Assembly: GCA_029887765.1 (NCBI GenBank)
Contig: JARXPF010000001.1
Location: 194,378 to 258,377, forward strand
DNA: 64,000 nt
Reading direction: 5' to 3'
From: Thermoproteota archaeon
GTDB lineage: Archaea > Thermoproteota > Methanomethylicia > Methanomethylicales > Methanomethylicaceae
Of this stretch, positions 30,773-40,958 are shown piece by piece. A model generated the notes under the pieces. The model was given only the letters and a program-made list of their open reading frames with translations, ran no database searches and was not told where the DNA came from. Each line of letters begins with the position of its first letter. Position 1 is the stretch's first letter. Position numbers and translations under genes: made by a program.

Positions 30773-31524
30773 AGTGCTTTTTTATAAGATAATATTGCAT
30801 CATTTAATGTATTATTTTCTACAACTGCATATATGCTATTTAAAGAAAATTTTGATTTTATAAGTTGCCAATTAACATTTCCATCTCCAATTACTCTATG
30901 TTCATCTTCAATTCCATAATTATCATGAAGATGTAAATGAATAATTCTATCTCTAAATTCAATTAAAAATTTTTCAAGTTGAGAAGAAGTATTTGCATGA
31001 CCTACATCTAATACAATATCTGGAGAAAGACCATTTTCAATAAGTTCATGGAATTCTTCTACATTTTGTAAAAAACAACGAGTTCCTGCTGGCATATTCT
31101 CTATTGCTACTTTAATTCCTAAATCTTCTCCATAATCTAGAATTTTTCTTAATGATTCTATATTTAGATATCTATTTAAATTTGGAACAATATTTTCTAA
31201 AGGAGTGCTCAAACCTGGATGAATAACAAATATTTCAGCATTAATAGCATTTGCCATTTCCATAGAATTCATTATTATTTTAATAGAAGTCTTTCTTATA
31301 GAATCATTAGAAGCTGCAATATTTATATCTAAAATTGGAGAATGTACTGTATATTTTATATTTGTAGTATTTTTTATTTCATTCAAAATTTTAATTTTAC
31401 TTTTTGTAAGTTTATCTTCCCAATCATCTAAAATTTCTAGAATCTCTATACCTATAGAAGTTAATTCATTAATTATTTGGAATGTTTTTCCAATTGTACA
31501 TAATGTGGATATTCCAATTGGCAT
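30754..31524 (-). CDS. sugar phosphate isomerase/epimerase (xylose-isomerase-like TIM barrel)
   Basis: VIHPG..IENMP..HLHLHDN pattern. Confidence 0.55.
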   Translation of the reverse strand: MPIGISTLCTIGKTFQIINELTSIGIEILEILDDWEDKLTKSKIKILNEIKNTTNIKYTVHSPILDINIAASNDSIRKTSIKIIMNSMEMANAINAEIFVIHPGLSTPLENIVPNLNRYLNIESLRKILDYGEDLGIKVAIENMPAGTRCFLQNVEEFHELIENGLSPDIVLDVGHANTSSQLEKFLIEFRDRIIHLHLHDNYGIEDEHRVIGDGNVNWQLIKSKFSLNSIYAVVENNTLNDAILSYKKALQLFKS

Positions 31525-31940
31525 ATTTCATCAACAGGCACTCCGCCTATAGTTTTTGTTGCAAGCCAATCTATTAATTCCTTTATATTTTCAGTCCAAA
31601 TATGAAAAGTTATCGGACCTAATGGTGATTCTCCTTCTGGTTTACAAAAACTTATTTTTCCTACATAAGCCACTTGTCTATTTACATGAAAAGTAATTGT
31701 TTTATTATCTATTCCTTGTATTATTATTTTTCTTGCAGCATCTAGTATTCTTTCTTTTCTTAATAATTCTCTAAATTTTATAAGTAATGATTCATCACCC
31801 TCTTGAACAATATATTCTAAATTACCTTCTTTTTCTTTTCTATAATTCTCCGCACCAGTTAAGTTTGCAATAGCTTTTAAAAGTTTAAATTCATCTTCAG
31901 TTGGATTTAATTTAGCTCTTACAATAACTTTTGCTTTCAA
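31473..31940 (-). CDS. UPF0201/DUF54-like putative RNA-binding protein
   Basis: 155 aa; size and its pairing with the next gene match the archaeal UPF0201-UPF0200 pair. Confidence 0.45.
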   Translation of the reverse strand: MKAKVIVRAKLNPTEDEFKLLKAIANLTGAENYRKEKEGNLEYIVQEGDESLLIKFRELLRKERILDAARKIIIQGIDNKTITFHVNRQVAYVGKISFCKPEGESPLGPITFHIWTENIKELIDWLATKTIGGVPVDEICQLEYPHYVQLEKHSK

Positions 31941-32469
31941 ACAACTCCCTCTTAAAAAATTCTTTTGACTTATCTATTAATTCTTCTATTGTTCCTTCAT
32001 TAACAAACATAACATCAGCTAAAGCTATTACTGCACCTATTCCTATTTTTATTTCTCTCATATCTCTTTCTATAAATTCTTCAAAATTTTTAGGATCATC
32101 TGCTCTTCCTCTTTTAATTAAACGTTTAAATCTAGTAGAAGGAGATGCATGAACTGCAATTAAAAACACATCAGCAATTTTTTTAAAAAAATTCAATTCT
32201 TCTAAACTTCTAATACCTTCTATTATAGCTATATCATTATTTGATAAATTTTGAATACATCTTTTTGCTATTGCATCAGGACCTTCTTCTTTTCTAAGAT
32301 TAAGCATTAACTCTCCAAGTGCTTCTGGAGATTCCTTAATTCCCCTTCTCCTTGCTTCTTCTCTAATAACATCGCCCATTACAATTACTTTAAACCCCAT
32401 TGATTTTGCAACATTAGCTACTATAGATTTTCCTGCTCCTGGCATTCCTGTTATACAGAATAATTTCAT
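31912..32469 (-). CDS. P-loop nucleotide kinase, UPF0200/adenylate-kinase-like
   Basis: ITGMPGAGKS Walker A, 185 aa. Confidence 0.55.
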   Translation of the reverse strand: MKLFCITGMPGAGKSIVANVAKSMGFKVIVMGDVIREEARRRGIKESPEALGELMLNLRKEEGPDAIAKRCIQNLSNNDIAIIEGIRSLEELNFFKKIADVFLIAVHASPSTRFKRLIKRGRADDPKNFEEFIERDMREIKIGIGAVIALADVMFVNEGTIEELIDKSKEFFKRELFESKSYCKS

Positions 32470-32516
32470 GCAAGAGATTATTTATAAGCAAAAATATAAC
32501 CATATCTGGTGATTAT

Positions 32517-33074
32517 ATGGAATTTGTAAGAAGTTTCATTGCTATAGAGTTAGATGAAGATGTAAAAAATAAAATTATGGAATTTGAAAATAGATTAAAA
32601 GAATGTAAATCAGAAATGAAGTTTGTTGAAAAAGAAAATTTACATATAACTATAAAATTTCTTGGTGAAATAAATATGAAATTATTAGAAAATATTTATG
32701 AAGAAATTGAAAAAATAAAAGAAGAAAAATTTACAATAAGTGTAAAAGGAGTAGGTGTATTTCCTAATGAAAGGTTTATGAGAGTAATATGGGTTGGAGT
32801 AGAAGAAGGAAAAGATAAAATTTTAAAAATTCAAAAAGAAATTGAGGAAAAATTATTAAAATTTGGTTTTTCAAAAGAAAAAGATTTTATTCCTCATATA
32901 ACTGTAGCAAGAGTGAAATCAGTAAGTAATAGAAATGAAATTTTAAAAATTTTTGAAGAATTTAAAGAGAAAAATTTTGGAAAATCATTAATAGATAGAA
33001 TTACTTTAAAGAAAAGTATACTTACACCAAAAGGCCCGATATATTCAAATTTAAAAGAGGTGTTTTTTAGATAA
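32517..33074 (+). CDS. ligT: 2'-5' RNA ligase / 2H phosphoesterase LigT
   Basis: Two HxT/S motifs (HITIKFLG, HITVARV). Confidence 0.75.
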   Translation: MEFVRSFIAIELDEDVKNKIMEFENRLKECKSEMKFVEKENLHITIKFLGEINMKLLENIYEEIEKIKEEKFTISVKGVGVFPNERFMRVIWVGVEEGKDKILKIQKEIEEKLLKFGFSKEKDFIPHITVARVKSVSNRNEILKIFEEFKEKNFGKSLIDRITLKKSILTPKGPIYSNLKEVFFR

Positions 33075-34444
33075 TGAAAGAAATATTAGAAGAGGTATTG
33101 AAAAGAGTAAAACCAAAAGATGAAGATTTTATAAAAATAGAAAAAATATTTGAAAAAATTAAAAATAGAATTATCCAAAAAGCTGAAGAATTAGGAATAA
33201 ATGTTAAAGTAGAAATAGAAGGTTCTATAGCAAAAGGGACTTGGCTTTCTAATGATAAAGATATTGATATATTTATAGTATTTCCATTAGGAACAAAAAT
33301 TGAATTTGCTAAAGAAATTGGATTAGAGCTTGCAAAATATGGTGTTGAAGAAAATTGGAAATTAGGTTATGCTGAACATCCATATATTGAGGCAAAAGTT
33401 AATGATTATAAAATTGAAATAGTGCCTAGTATTGAAATGAGAGAAGGAGAGAGACCACTTACAGCTGTAGATAGAACACCATTACATACAATTTTTATAA
33501 AAAGTAAAATGAATGAAGAAATGAAAGATGAAGTAAGATTATTGAAACAATTTATGAAAGGTATAGGAGTATATGGTGCTGAATTAAAAATAGGAGGATT
33601 TTCAGGATATCTTTGTGAACTCCTTATACTATATTATGGAAGTTTTGAAGAAACTATAAAAAATGCTGCAAAATGGAAACCAAAAACTGTAATAGATTAT
33701 ATGAAGTATTACAGTAATGAAGAATTATGTAAAAAAATATTTGATAGTCCATTAATAGTAATTGATCCTATTGATATGAGAAGAAATGTTGCAGCTGCAG
33801 TAACATTACAATCTTATTCAACTTTTATAGCAGCTTCTAAATATTTTTTAAAAAAACCAAATATTGATTTTTTCTTTCCAAAAGAATTTGAAGTAAAATC
33901 AGAAGATATATTTAATGAATTAAAGAAAAGAGGTACAAATATAGCAATAATAAAAATTAATTGTCCAAAAATTCCTCCAGATATTCTTTGGGGAGAAATT
34001 AATAGAACTTTAAATAAATGTGTTAAACTTTTAGAATCTTATGATTTTCAAGTCTTAGATTATAAAGCTTGGAGTGATGAAGAAAATAATATTTTTTTAA
34101 TTATGGAATTGGAAAGAGATAAGTTAAGAAATGGAAAAATTCATTATGGACCAAAAATATGGTGGGATGAAGAAAAATTTTTAAATAAACATTTAGAAAA
34201 AGCTCTTGCAGGACCTTATATAAAAAATGAAAGATGGTATGTTGAAGTAAAGAGAAAATATACTACAGTAAGAGATTTATTAATAAATGAATTTGGAAAA
34301 CTTCAATTAAGTAAAGATATAATGAATGAAGTTAAAAAAGGATTTTCAGTTTATATAAATGAAGAGATAGGAAAAGAACTTAATCCTGAATTTGCAAAGG
34401 ATTTATTAAAATTTTTAAAAAAGAGACCATTATGGTTGAATTAA
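33074..34444 (+). CDS. cca: CCA-adding tRNA nucleotidyltransferase (archaeal class I)
   Basis: 456 aa, GSIAKGTWLSNDKDIDIF nucleotidyltransferase motif; 1-nt overlap with ligT. Confidence 0.85.
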   Translation: MKEILEEVLKRVKPKDEDFIKIEKIFEKIKNRIIQKAEELGINVKVEIEGSIAKGTWLSNDKDIDIFIVFPLGTKIEFAKEIGLELAKYGVEENWKLGYAEHPYIEAKVNDYKIEIVPSIEMREGERPLTAVDRTPLHTIFIKSKMNEEMKDEVRLLKQFMKGIGVYGAELKIGGFSGYLCELLILYYGSFEETIKNAAKWKPKTVIDYMKYYSNEELCKKIFDSPLIVIDPIDMRRNVAAAVTLQSYSTFIAASKYFLKKPNIDFFFPKEFEVKSEDIFNELKKRGTNIAIIKINCPKIPPDILWGEINRTLNKCVKLLESYDFQVLDYKAWSDEENNIFLIMELERDKLRNGKIHYGPKIWWDEEKFLNKHLEKALAGPYIKNERWYVEVKRKYTTVRDLLINEFGKLQLSKDIMNEVKKGFSVYINEEIGKELNPEFAKDLLKFLKKRPLWLN

Positions 34445-35178
34445 TAAATATTGAAAATGAAAGAGCAAAATTAATATTATCATATCCTAAATTTAATGAT
34501 ATAATTTATTCAAGAAATATTAAAGCTTTAAAAGAAATTGGTATTGAAACATTAATATCAGAAGGAAAAATAAATTTAGGAAATATTAAAGTAATTGGAA
34601 AAGGCTGTGCTAGCATAGTCATATTAGGAATATTGAATAATGAAAAAGTTGCAATTAAAATTTTAAGAAGTGATTCAAATAGAGCTTCATTAATACAAGA
34701 AGGAGAAATATTAAAAATTGTTAATGAAAATGGAATAGGACCAAGGCTTATTTCAATTAAGGATACAGTAATTGTAATGGAATATATACAAGGAATATAT
34801 TTACCAGAATGGCTTAGAATAGAGAAAGATTATAAAAAATTTATTAAAATATTAAAGGATGTTTTAAATCAATGTCATAAATTAGATGTATTAGGAATAG
34901 ATCATGGAGAACTTTCAAATCCAAAAGAACATGTAATAATAAGAGAAGATAGAGCAGTTATAATAGATTTTGAAACTGCAAGTCTTAAAAGAAAGTGTAA
35001 GAATTTATCTTCTATAATGGGCTATCTTTTCTTTAATAAAGAAAATGCTAAAATTCTTAGAAAATTCATTAATTGGAATGATGAAAAATTAATTATTCTT
35101 ATAAAAGAATATAAAAATTCTCTAAAAATTTATAATAGAATATTAGAAGAAATAGGCTTGGAAAATTTAAATTATTAA
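34432..35178 (+). CDS. RIO-type atypical serine protein kinase
   Basis: GKGCASIV loop, VAIKIL, IDHGELSNPKEHVII catalytic loop, IIDFETAS. Confidence 0.55.
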   Translation: MVELINIENERAKLILSYPKFNDIIYSRNIKALKEIGIETLISEGKINLGNIKVIGKGCASIVILGILNNEKVAIKILRSDSNRASLIQEGEILKIVNENGIGPRLISIKDTVIVMEYIQGIYLPEWLRIEKDYKKFIKILKDVLNQCHKLDVLGIDHGELSNPKEHVIIREDRAVIIDFETASLKRKCKNLSSIMGYLFFNKENAKILRKFINWNDEKLIILIKEYKNSLKIYNRILEEIGLENLNY

Positions 35179-35197
35179 AAAATAAATAATATTTATA

Positions 35198-36754
35198 ATG
35201 AAAAACTGGGAAAAATATTTGAACTTCTTAGACAATGGTCCATATTCTATAGATTCGCTAGTACATACTCTTGTTCCAAAAGAAAAAATAGAATTTAATC
35301 AAAGAATAATAATAAATAAAATAAATTATACACTTTATCCTTTTCAACAAAAAATTTTGAATAAAATAAGAGATGATACATTTATTGTAGGTTTACCTAC
35401 TGGTTTAGGAAAGACATATATTGCAGGAGCATTTTTATTAAGAGAAACACAAAAAAATCCAAAGAAAATACTATTTCTTACACCATCAATACCTTTAGGA
35501 GTTCAACAAACTTTATTTGCTCGAAAAATGCTTAATATTGATTCAGCATATTTTATTTCAGGAAATATATCACCTGAAAAAAGAAAATTATTAAAAGTTT
35601 GGAATGCTGGTTTTATAGTAACAACTCCACAAACATTTTATAATGATTTTTTAATTGAATATGAAGATGAAATAAAATTAGCAAAATCTTTGGATAATAC
35701 TTTAGAGATTTTAAAAGAAGTTTTAAAATTTAAATTTCCTTTTGATATTATTATAGCAGATGAATGCCATGGTTATATAGGAGACACTAGTGGATACTCA
35801 ATTTTACTTACTGCTAAAGCTAATGGAAGTAAAATACTTGCATTAAGTGCTACTCCACAATTACATTCTCCAATAAGACTAAAAGAATTGAAGAAAATTT
35901 TTGAAAATATTGAAATGATTTCTATAGAAGATTCTGAAATTCGTGAATTTATTCCAAGAAGAATTATAAATATAATTAATATTAATGCTCCAAATAATCT
36001 TATTTTAATATATAAAAAATTGATGGAAGTAATTAACTTATATAAAGAAAAAATTATTGAAGAATTTGGAAAAAATCATGTAAAGAAATATTGTAAAGAT
36101 CATCCAATTTGCATATCTTTTATAGCATTAAAAACTTTGAGAATGAGAATTATTGAAGATGGAGCAAGTAGTGTAATTAATTATAATATATGGAAATTAA
36201 AAGAATTAAAAGATATTTATAAAATTTATAAAGAAATTTCAAATTCAAATCATAAATTTTCATCAATTTATGAAATCTTAGAATGGGAAAAATATGAAAA
36301 AGCTATAATATTTATTGAATCAGTTATTGCAGCAAAACAACTTGGATTGTTACTTCAAGAGAAATATGGAATTGATAATGTAGCAATACTTGTAGGAAAA
36401 GGAGAAATGAACATGAATCAACAAACCTCAGCTTTAATACAATTTAAAGAAAGAGCAAAAATTTTAGTTACTACTAGTATAGGAGAAGAAGGTCTTGATA
36501 TTCCAACAGCAGATTTAGAAATTTGGATTGATCCACCAAGTAATCCAAAAAAATGGATTCAAAGATTTGGAAGAATTCTACGACAAACTAAAAAAGACAA
36601 AATTGCAAAAATATATACAATTCTAACTATGAAAACACATGAAAAAAGAAAATTCTTTGGAGTAATGAGAAAAGTGGAAAACATATATAAATTCACTCAT
36701 GAAATAAAAAGTATCATAAGAGGACAAAGAAGATTAACAAGTTATATGGGTTGA
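35198..36754 (+). CDS. SF2 helicase, Hef/RIG-I-like helicase core without nuclease domain
   Basis: GLPTGLGKT (motif I), DECH (motif II), LSATP (motif III), QRFGRILR (motif VI). Confidence 0.7.
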   Translation: MKNWEKYLNFLDNGPYSIDSLVHTLVPKEKIEFNQRIIINKINYTLYPFQQKILNKIRDDTFIVGLPTGLGKTYIAGAFLLRETQKNPKKILFLTPSIPLGVQQTLFARKMLNIDSAYFISGNISPEKRKLLKVWNAGFIVTTPQTFYNDFLIEYEDEIKLAKSLDNTLEILKEVLKFKFPFDIIIADECHGYIGDTSGYSILLTAKANGSKILALSATPQLHSPIRLKELKKIFENIEMISIEDSEIREFIPRRIINIININAPNNLILIYKKLMEVINLYKEKIIEEFGKNHVKKYCKDHPICISFIALKTLRMRIIEDGASSVINYNIWKLKELKDIYKIYKEISNSNHKFSSIYEILEWEKYEKAIIFIESVIAAKQLGLLLQEKYGIDNVAILVGKGEMNMNQQTSALIQFKERAKILVTTSIGEEGLDIPTADLEIWIDPPSNPKKWIQRFGRILRQTKKDKIAKIYTILTMKTHEKRKFFGVMRKVENIYKFTHEIKSIIRGQRRLTSYMG

Positions 36755-36758
36755 TCAT

Positions 36759-37751
36759 ATGACTTATTATGAAATTATATCAAACGATGAAAAATTAATT
36801 AAACTTTTTGAATATTTAATTAAAAAAGGAAAGGATTCTTTAATTCCAGAATATGATCCAAAAAATGGAACTACTTATCCAGATGTTATAGAAGCATGTA
36901 ATGCTTCACAAAAAGAAGTCTTTGAAATTGTAAATAAATTAGTTGCTATGGGCTTGGGAAATTTTGAGTATCATGATCAAATTTTAAGATGCCCTTATTG
37001 TGGAGCAGAACATCTTAAAATATATTTTTATTGTCCATTTTGTAATTCTTTACAAATAGTCAAGGAAATTTTAATGGAACATATAAGAGATGGTGTAATT
37101 GGTCCTATATCCAAATTTAGAAAACCTGATGGAAGTTTAGTATGTCCAAGTTGTGGCGCAAAACTTTCAATTGAAGGAAGAGATTATAGAACTATAGGAA
37201 TATGGTATAGATGTCTTTCATGTTATAGACAATTTGATTTACCAAGAATAAATTTTAGATGTTTAGTATGTAAAAAAGAAATGACTCCACATGGATTAAC
37301 AATAACATCAATTTCAAAAGTTATTATAAAAAAAGAAGTAATTGAAGAATTTTCATATAAACATTTCATATTAAAACCATTAATGGAAGAAATAAAAAAT
37401 GAATTAGAAAGATTTGGATTTAAAATAAATTCTCCTGGTATGTTAGTTGGAAAATCTGGAATAACTCATAAATTTAATATAGTAAGCATTGATAACAGTG
37501 GAAATAACATTGTTATAGATTTAATTGCTTCAAAAGAAAGAGTTGGAGAAAGTGAAATAATGAGTTATTTTTTAAAAAATATTGATGTTAGTCCAAAAAA
37601 AGCAATAATTATTGTAATACCAGGATTAATGGAAGAAGCAAGAAAATTAGCAACTTCATACAAAATGGATATAATAGAAGGTAATTCTGTTCAAGAAATA
37701 ATTTCTAAATTTAAATCTCTTATATTAAAAGAGGAGGAAATCCCTACTTAA
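36759..37751 (+). CDS. wHTH, multi-zinc-ribbon protein with possible nuclease-like C-terminal alpha/beta domain (unknown family)
   Basis: 330 aa: N-terminal wHTH-like region, then CPYCG..CPFCN..CPSCG..CLSCY..CLVCK zinc ribbons, then GITHKFNIVSIDNSGNNIVIDLIASKE. The nuclease-like call is tentative. Confidence 0.35.
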   Translation: MTYYEIISNDEKLIKLFEYLIKKGKDSLIPEYDPKNGTTYPDVIEACNASQKEVFEIVNKLVAMGLGNFEYHDQILRCPYCGAEHLKIYFYCPFCNSLQIVKEILMEHIRDGVIGPISKFRKPDGSLVCPSCGAKLSIEGRDYRTIGIWYRCLSCYRQFDLPRINFRCLVCKKEMTPHGLTITSISKVIIKKEVIEEFSYKHFILKPLMEEIKNELERFGFKINSPGMLVGKSGITHKFNIVSIDNSGNNIVIDLIASKERVGESEIMSYFLKNIDVSPKKAIIIVIPGLMEEARKLATSYKMDIIEGNSVQEIISKFKSLILKEEEIPT

Positions 37752-38575
37752 ATAATAAATAGTGAAAAGAAGATTAATGTGAAAAAGAGCATAATAACTA
37801 TATGTTTAAGACCTGCAAAAATAGATCCTTCACCCAATTTTCCAGTAACAATTCCTGAAAATATTGCTTGAATTAATGAAAAATAGAAGAAAATCCTTCT
37901 ATATTCTTCATATTCTAATGGTGATATAAATAAAGGAGTATAACCTAATTGAATTAATGGTAAAAAGAATTGATTAAGTAAAATCATAACAATAGTTAAT
38001 AAAGTAAAAAAAGCAATGTAAGAAATTCCAATGTAAATGCGCATTGTTGCTCTTCTTTCTTCATTCATTGTTATTATCATTTTTACATAATCTCCTAAAC
38101 TTCTCATAACTTCAACAACATCTCCACCAAATTTATTAACATCAGATATTATTGTACTCACTTTTCTCACAAGTTGAGATTCTGTTCTCTCAGCAAGTTT
38201 TTTAATAGCTTCTTCAAAACTCACTCCTAACTTTATTTGAGCTAAAACTTTTTTTAATTCTATTGATAAAACACCATACTCTTTAGTTGTAATAGTTTGA
38301 AGAGCTTTTATAAAACTCATTCCTGTAATTTGTCCTTCAGCAATATCATATAATAAATCAGGAATTTTTTCTTCTATAGCTTTTTTCCATTTATATTCAA
38401 GATAATTTAATGTACCTATTGGAAAGAAAGTAGTCATTATTGCAATTGCTATTAAATAATCACTAAGTCTAACATTTGTAAAATGTACTAAAAATGCAAG
38501 AAAAGCAATTATAACTCCACTCATTATTGATATAATATAAAGGAGATATCTTTCTTTCTTTTTTACAAAAGGCAA
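37748..38575 (-). CDS. type II/IV secretion system F-domain membrane protein (FlaJ/TadC-like), C-terminal half
   Basis: 275 aa with a T2SSF-like soluble region and TM helices; TTG start preceded by GGAGGA. Confidence 0.55.
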   Translation of the reverse strand: MPFVKKKERYLLYIISIMSGVIIAFLAFLVHFTNVRLSDYLIAIAIMTTFFPIGTLNYLEYKWKKAIEEKIPDLLYDIAEGQITGMSFIKALQTITTKEYGVLSIELKKVLAQIKLGVSFEEAIKKLAERTESQLVRKVSTIISDVNKFGGDVVEVMRSLGDYVKMIITMNEERRATMRIYIGISYIAFFTLLTIVMILLNQFFLPLIQLGYTPLFISPLEYEEYRRIFFYFSLIQAIFSGIVTGKLGEGSIFAGLKHIVIMLFFTLIFFSLFII

Positions 38576-38577
38576 AT

Positions 38578-39450
38578 TTATTCCTCCTTAGGTAATACAG
38601 TATCAATAAGTATTATAATTATTAATGATACTATTGGTATAAGGAAAAAAGTAATTAAATAAATCCAGAATAAGACATTACCACTCCATCCAATTAGAGA
38701 TACTATTGAAAGTATTATAATCATTACAAGAGGTAATACTACACCTGCTGTTACAAATATTTCAGCAATTATACCTAATTGTTCTAAACCTTTTTTTAAA
38801 GAAATTCTCCTTAATCTCATGAAAGTTTTTGCTTGAAGACGAAAAAATCTCTTCAAGTCTCCTCCAGTTCTACTAACAATTAAAATTCCTTTTAATAATT
38901 CTGAAAATTGTTTTGATGGAGTTTCTTCAGATTTTTTCTTAATTGATGAATAGAAATCCTCACCTGTAAGTTCCATTCTTCTTATAATATCTGCTATTTC
39001 TTCCCTTACTACAGGATCAATATCTGCTATTGAAAGACTTTGAAAGATTCTTTCTGGAATAACATTAGAAGATGAAAGTATAGCCATATAGTTTGTAATA
39101 TATACTAAAGCTTTTTCCATTCTATTTTTTCTATCTATGGCAATTATTCTTGGTAACATATACATAATCCAAAAAGTAATACCTGCAGAAAGAATTCCAA
39201 GAGCAAAAGAGCCTATTAAAGCATAAAATAAATTTGCTCTTGGAATAAGCAAAAATAGTGGTATAAAAAACGATGATAAAAATGCTATAAAAGAAATCCA
39301 AAGCATATTACTTATGTATTTTGAAAGTGAAATTTTCATTCCAGCACTTTTTAAATCTTTTCTAAGATCTTCAAAATAACTTTCTATTAAAATTGCAAAT
39401 CTTCCAAATATTTTATAAGAAAAAGTATAAAGATCGAAACTTTTTTTCAT
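38578..39450 (-). CDS. FlaJ/TadC-like membrane platform protein, N-terminal half
   Basis: 290 aa T2SSF-like; stop is 2 nt from the next start, in a different frame. Confidence 0.55.
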   Translation of the reverse strand: MKKSFDLYTFSYKIFGRFAILIESYFEDLRKDLKSAGMKISLSKYISNMLWISFIAFLSSFFIPLFLLIPRANLFYALIGSFALGILSAGITFWIMYMLPRIIAIDRKNRMEKALVYITNYMAILSSSNVIPERIFQSLSIADIDPVVREEIADIIRRMELTGEDFYSSIKKKSEETPSKQFSELLKGILIVSRTGGDLKRFFRLQAKTFMRLRRISLKKGLEQLGIIAEIFVTAGVVLPLVMIIILSIVSLIGWSGNVLFWIYLITFFLIPIVSLIIIILIDTVLPKEE

Positions 39451-40922
39451 GTGATTTCCACCAAAGCACGTCTAAAAACTCCTTCACTATCTGTATAATA
39501 TTCTCTTAAAATACTTCCTATTTCCATATAACGTCGCATTCCTTTATTTACCATCCATTTCAATATATGCTTTCTTTTATTAATATTATTCATGATTTCC
39601 TTCATAGGTATTCCTTTTTCTTCAGATATTCTATTTAAAACTACACTTTCCTCTTCCATTATATGAGTATCTTCATTAGGATCCCATCTAGCAAGATAAT
39701 TTATAATAAGTTCATTTTTTTCTCTATTATACTCCTTGATTTCTGCTAAACATGTTGTTCTTCTTACAGAATAACTGCCTTTTTTCACTTTACTTTGAAT
39801 AATTATTACATCTAATAATTCTATCATACTTTTAGGAATATTCATTGGTGGAGATTCGAGTCTACTTATTACTTTTTCTACAGATTCAGCATGAATAGTA
39901 GCTTGAATTCCATGGCCTATGGCTAAAGCTTGAAATAAAGTATATGCTTCTGCACCTCTTATCTCTCCAACAATTATATAATCTGGTCTTTGTCTTAAAG
40001 CATTTTTTAATAAATCAAAAAGTGAAATATCAGCACTTTTTCTTCCAAATCCAGTTCTTGTAACCATGGGAATCCAATTTGTATGAGGAAGATTAAGTTC
40101 AGGTGTTTCTTCAATAGAGACTATTTTCATATCAGGTCTTATAAACATTGATGTACAATTCAATAATGTAGTTTTTCCAGATGCTGTTTCTCCAGCTATT
40201 AATATTGAACGCTTATTTTCTATTATGAACCAAAGATATGCTGCTAAATCAATAGAAATAGTACCAAATTGAATTAAATCAATTATAGTAAGGGGATCTG
40301 CTCTAAATCTTCTTATTGTAAAAGTAGTACCTCTTCTTGAAATTTCAGAACCATATGTAGCATTTACTCTACTTCCATCAGGTAAAGAAGCATCAAGTAT
40401 TGGTTGAGCAATAGAAATATGTTTACCACATAAATAAGCAAGTCTAGTAACAAATCTATTTAATTCTTCTTCACTTTCATATACTATATTTGTCTTTATA
40501 GATTCAAATTCTCTATGCCATATATATATTGGAATACCAACTCCATCACATGATATATCTTCAACATAATGATCTTTCATCAATGGATCTATTTTTTCAA
40601 ATCCAAGAAAATCTCTTTTTAAATAATAAAGTATTTTTTTAAATTGTCCTTCATCTATATTTATTTTATATTCTTTTATAATTTTTTTAATTCTATTCTC
40701 TAATATTTTAGAAGCTTCTTCTTTTGATAATTCCATTAAGTCTATATCTAATTCATCTAAAAAAATTTCCTTAATTTTTTTTAAAACTTTTTTATCTTCA
40801 TCAGTAAGAGTTGGCTCAATGGCAATGTATTTAATTTCCTTAGTTGAAGGATCCTCTACTATAGTTGCATATACATATGGTTCTTCTATTGGATAATGTG
40901 TTTTAAATTTTCCAAATTCCAT
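39447..40922 (-). CDS. type IV pilus/archaellum assembly ATPase (FlaI/VirB11 family)
   Basis: IAGETASGKTT Walker A, 491 aa. Confidence 0.8.
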   Translation of the reverse strand: MEFGKFKTHYPIEEPYVYATIVEDPSTKEIKYIAIEPTLTDEDKKVLKKIKEIFLDELDIDLMELSKEEASKILENRIKKIIKEYKINIDEGQFKKILYYLKRDFLGFEKIDPLMKDHYVEDISCDGVGIPIYIWHREFESIKTNIVYESEEELNRFVTRLAYLCGKHISIAQPILDASLPDGSRVNATYGSEISRRGTTFTIRRFRADPLTIIDLIQFGTISIDLAAYLWFIIENKRSILIAGETASGKTTLLNCTSMFIRPDMKIVSIEETPELNLPHTNWIPMVTRTGFGRKSADISLFDLLKNALRQRPDYIIVGEIRGAEAYTLFQALAIGHGIQATIHAESVEKVISRLESPPMNIPKSMIELLDVIIIQSKVKKGSYSVRRTTCLAEIKEYNREKNELIINYLARWDPNEDTHIMEEESVVLNRISEEKGIPMKEIMNNINKRKHILKWMVNKGMRRYMEIGSILREYYTDSEGVFRRALVEIT

Positions 40923-40958
40923 TATTTTTATTTTTGTTTTACTTAAAATTAAAGTTTT

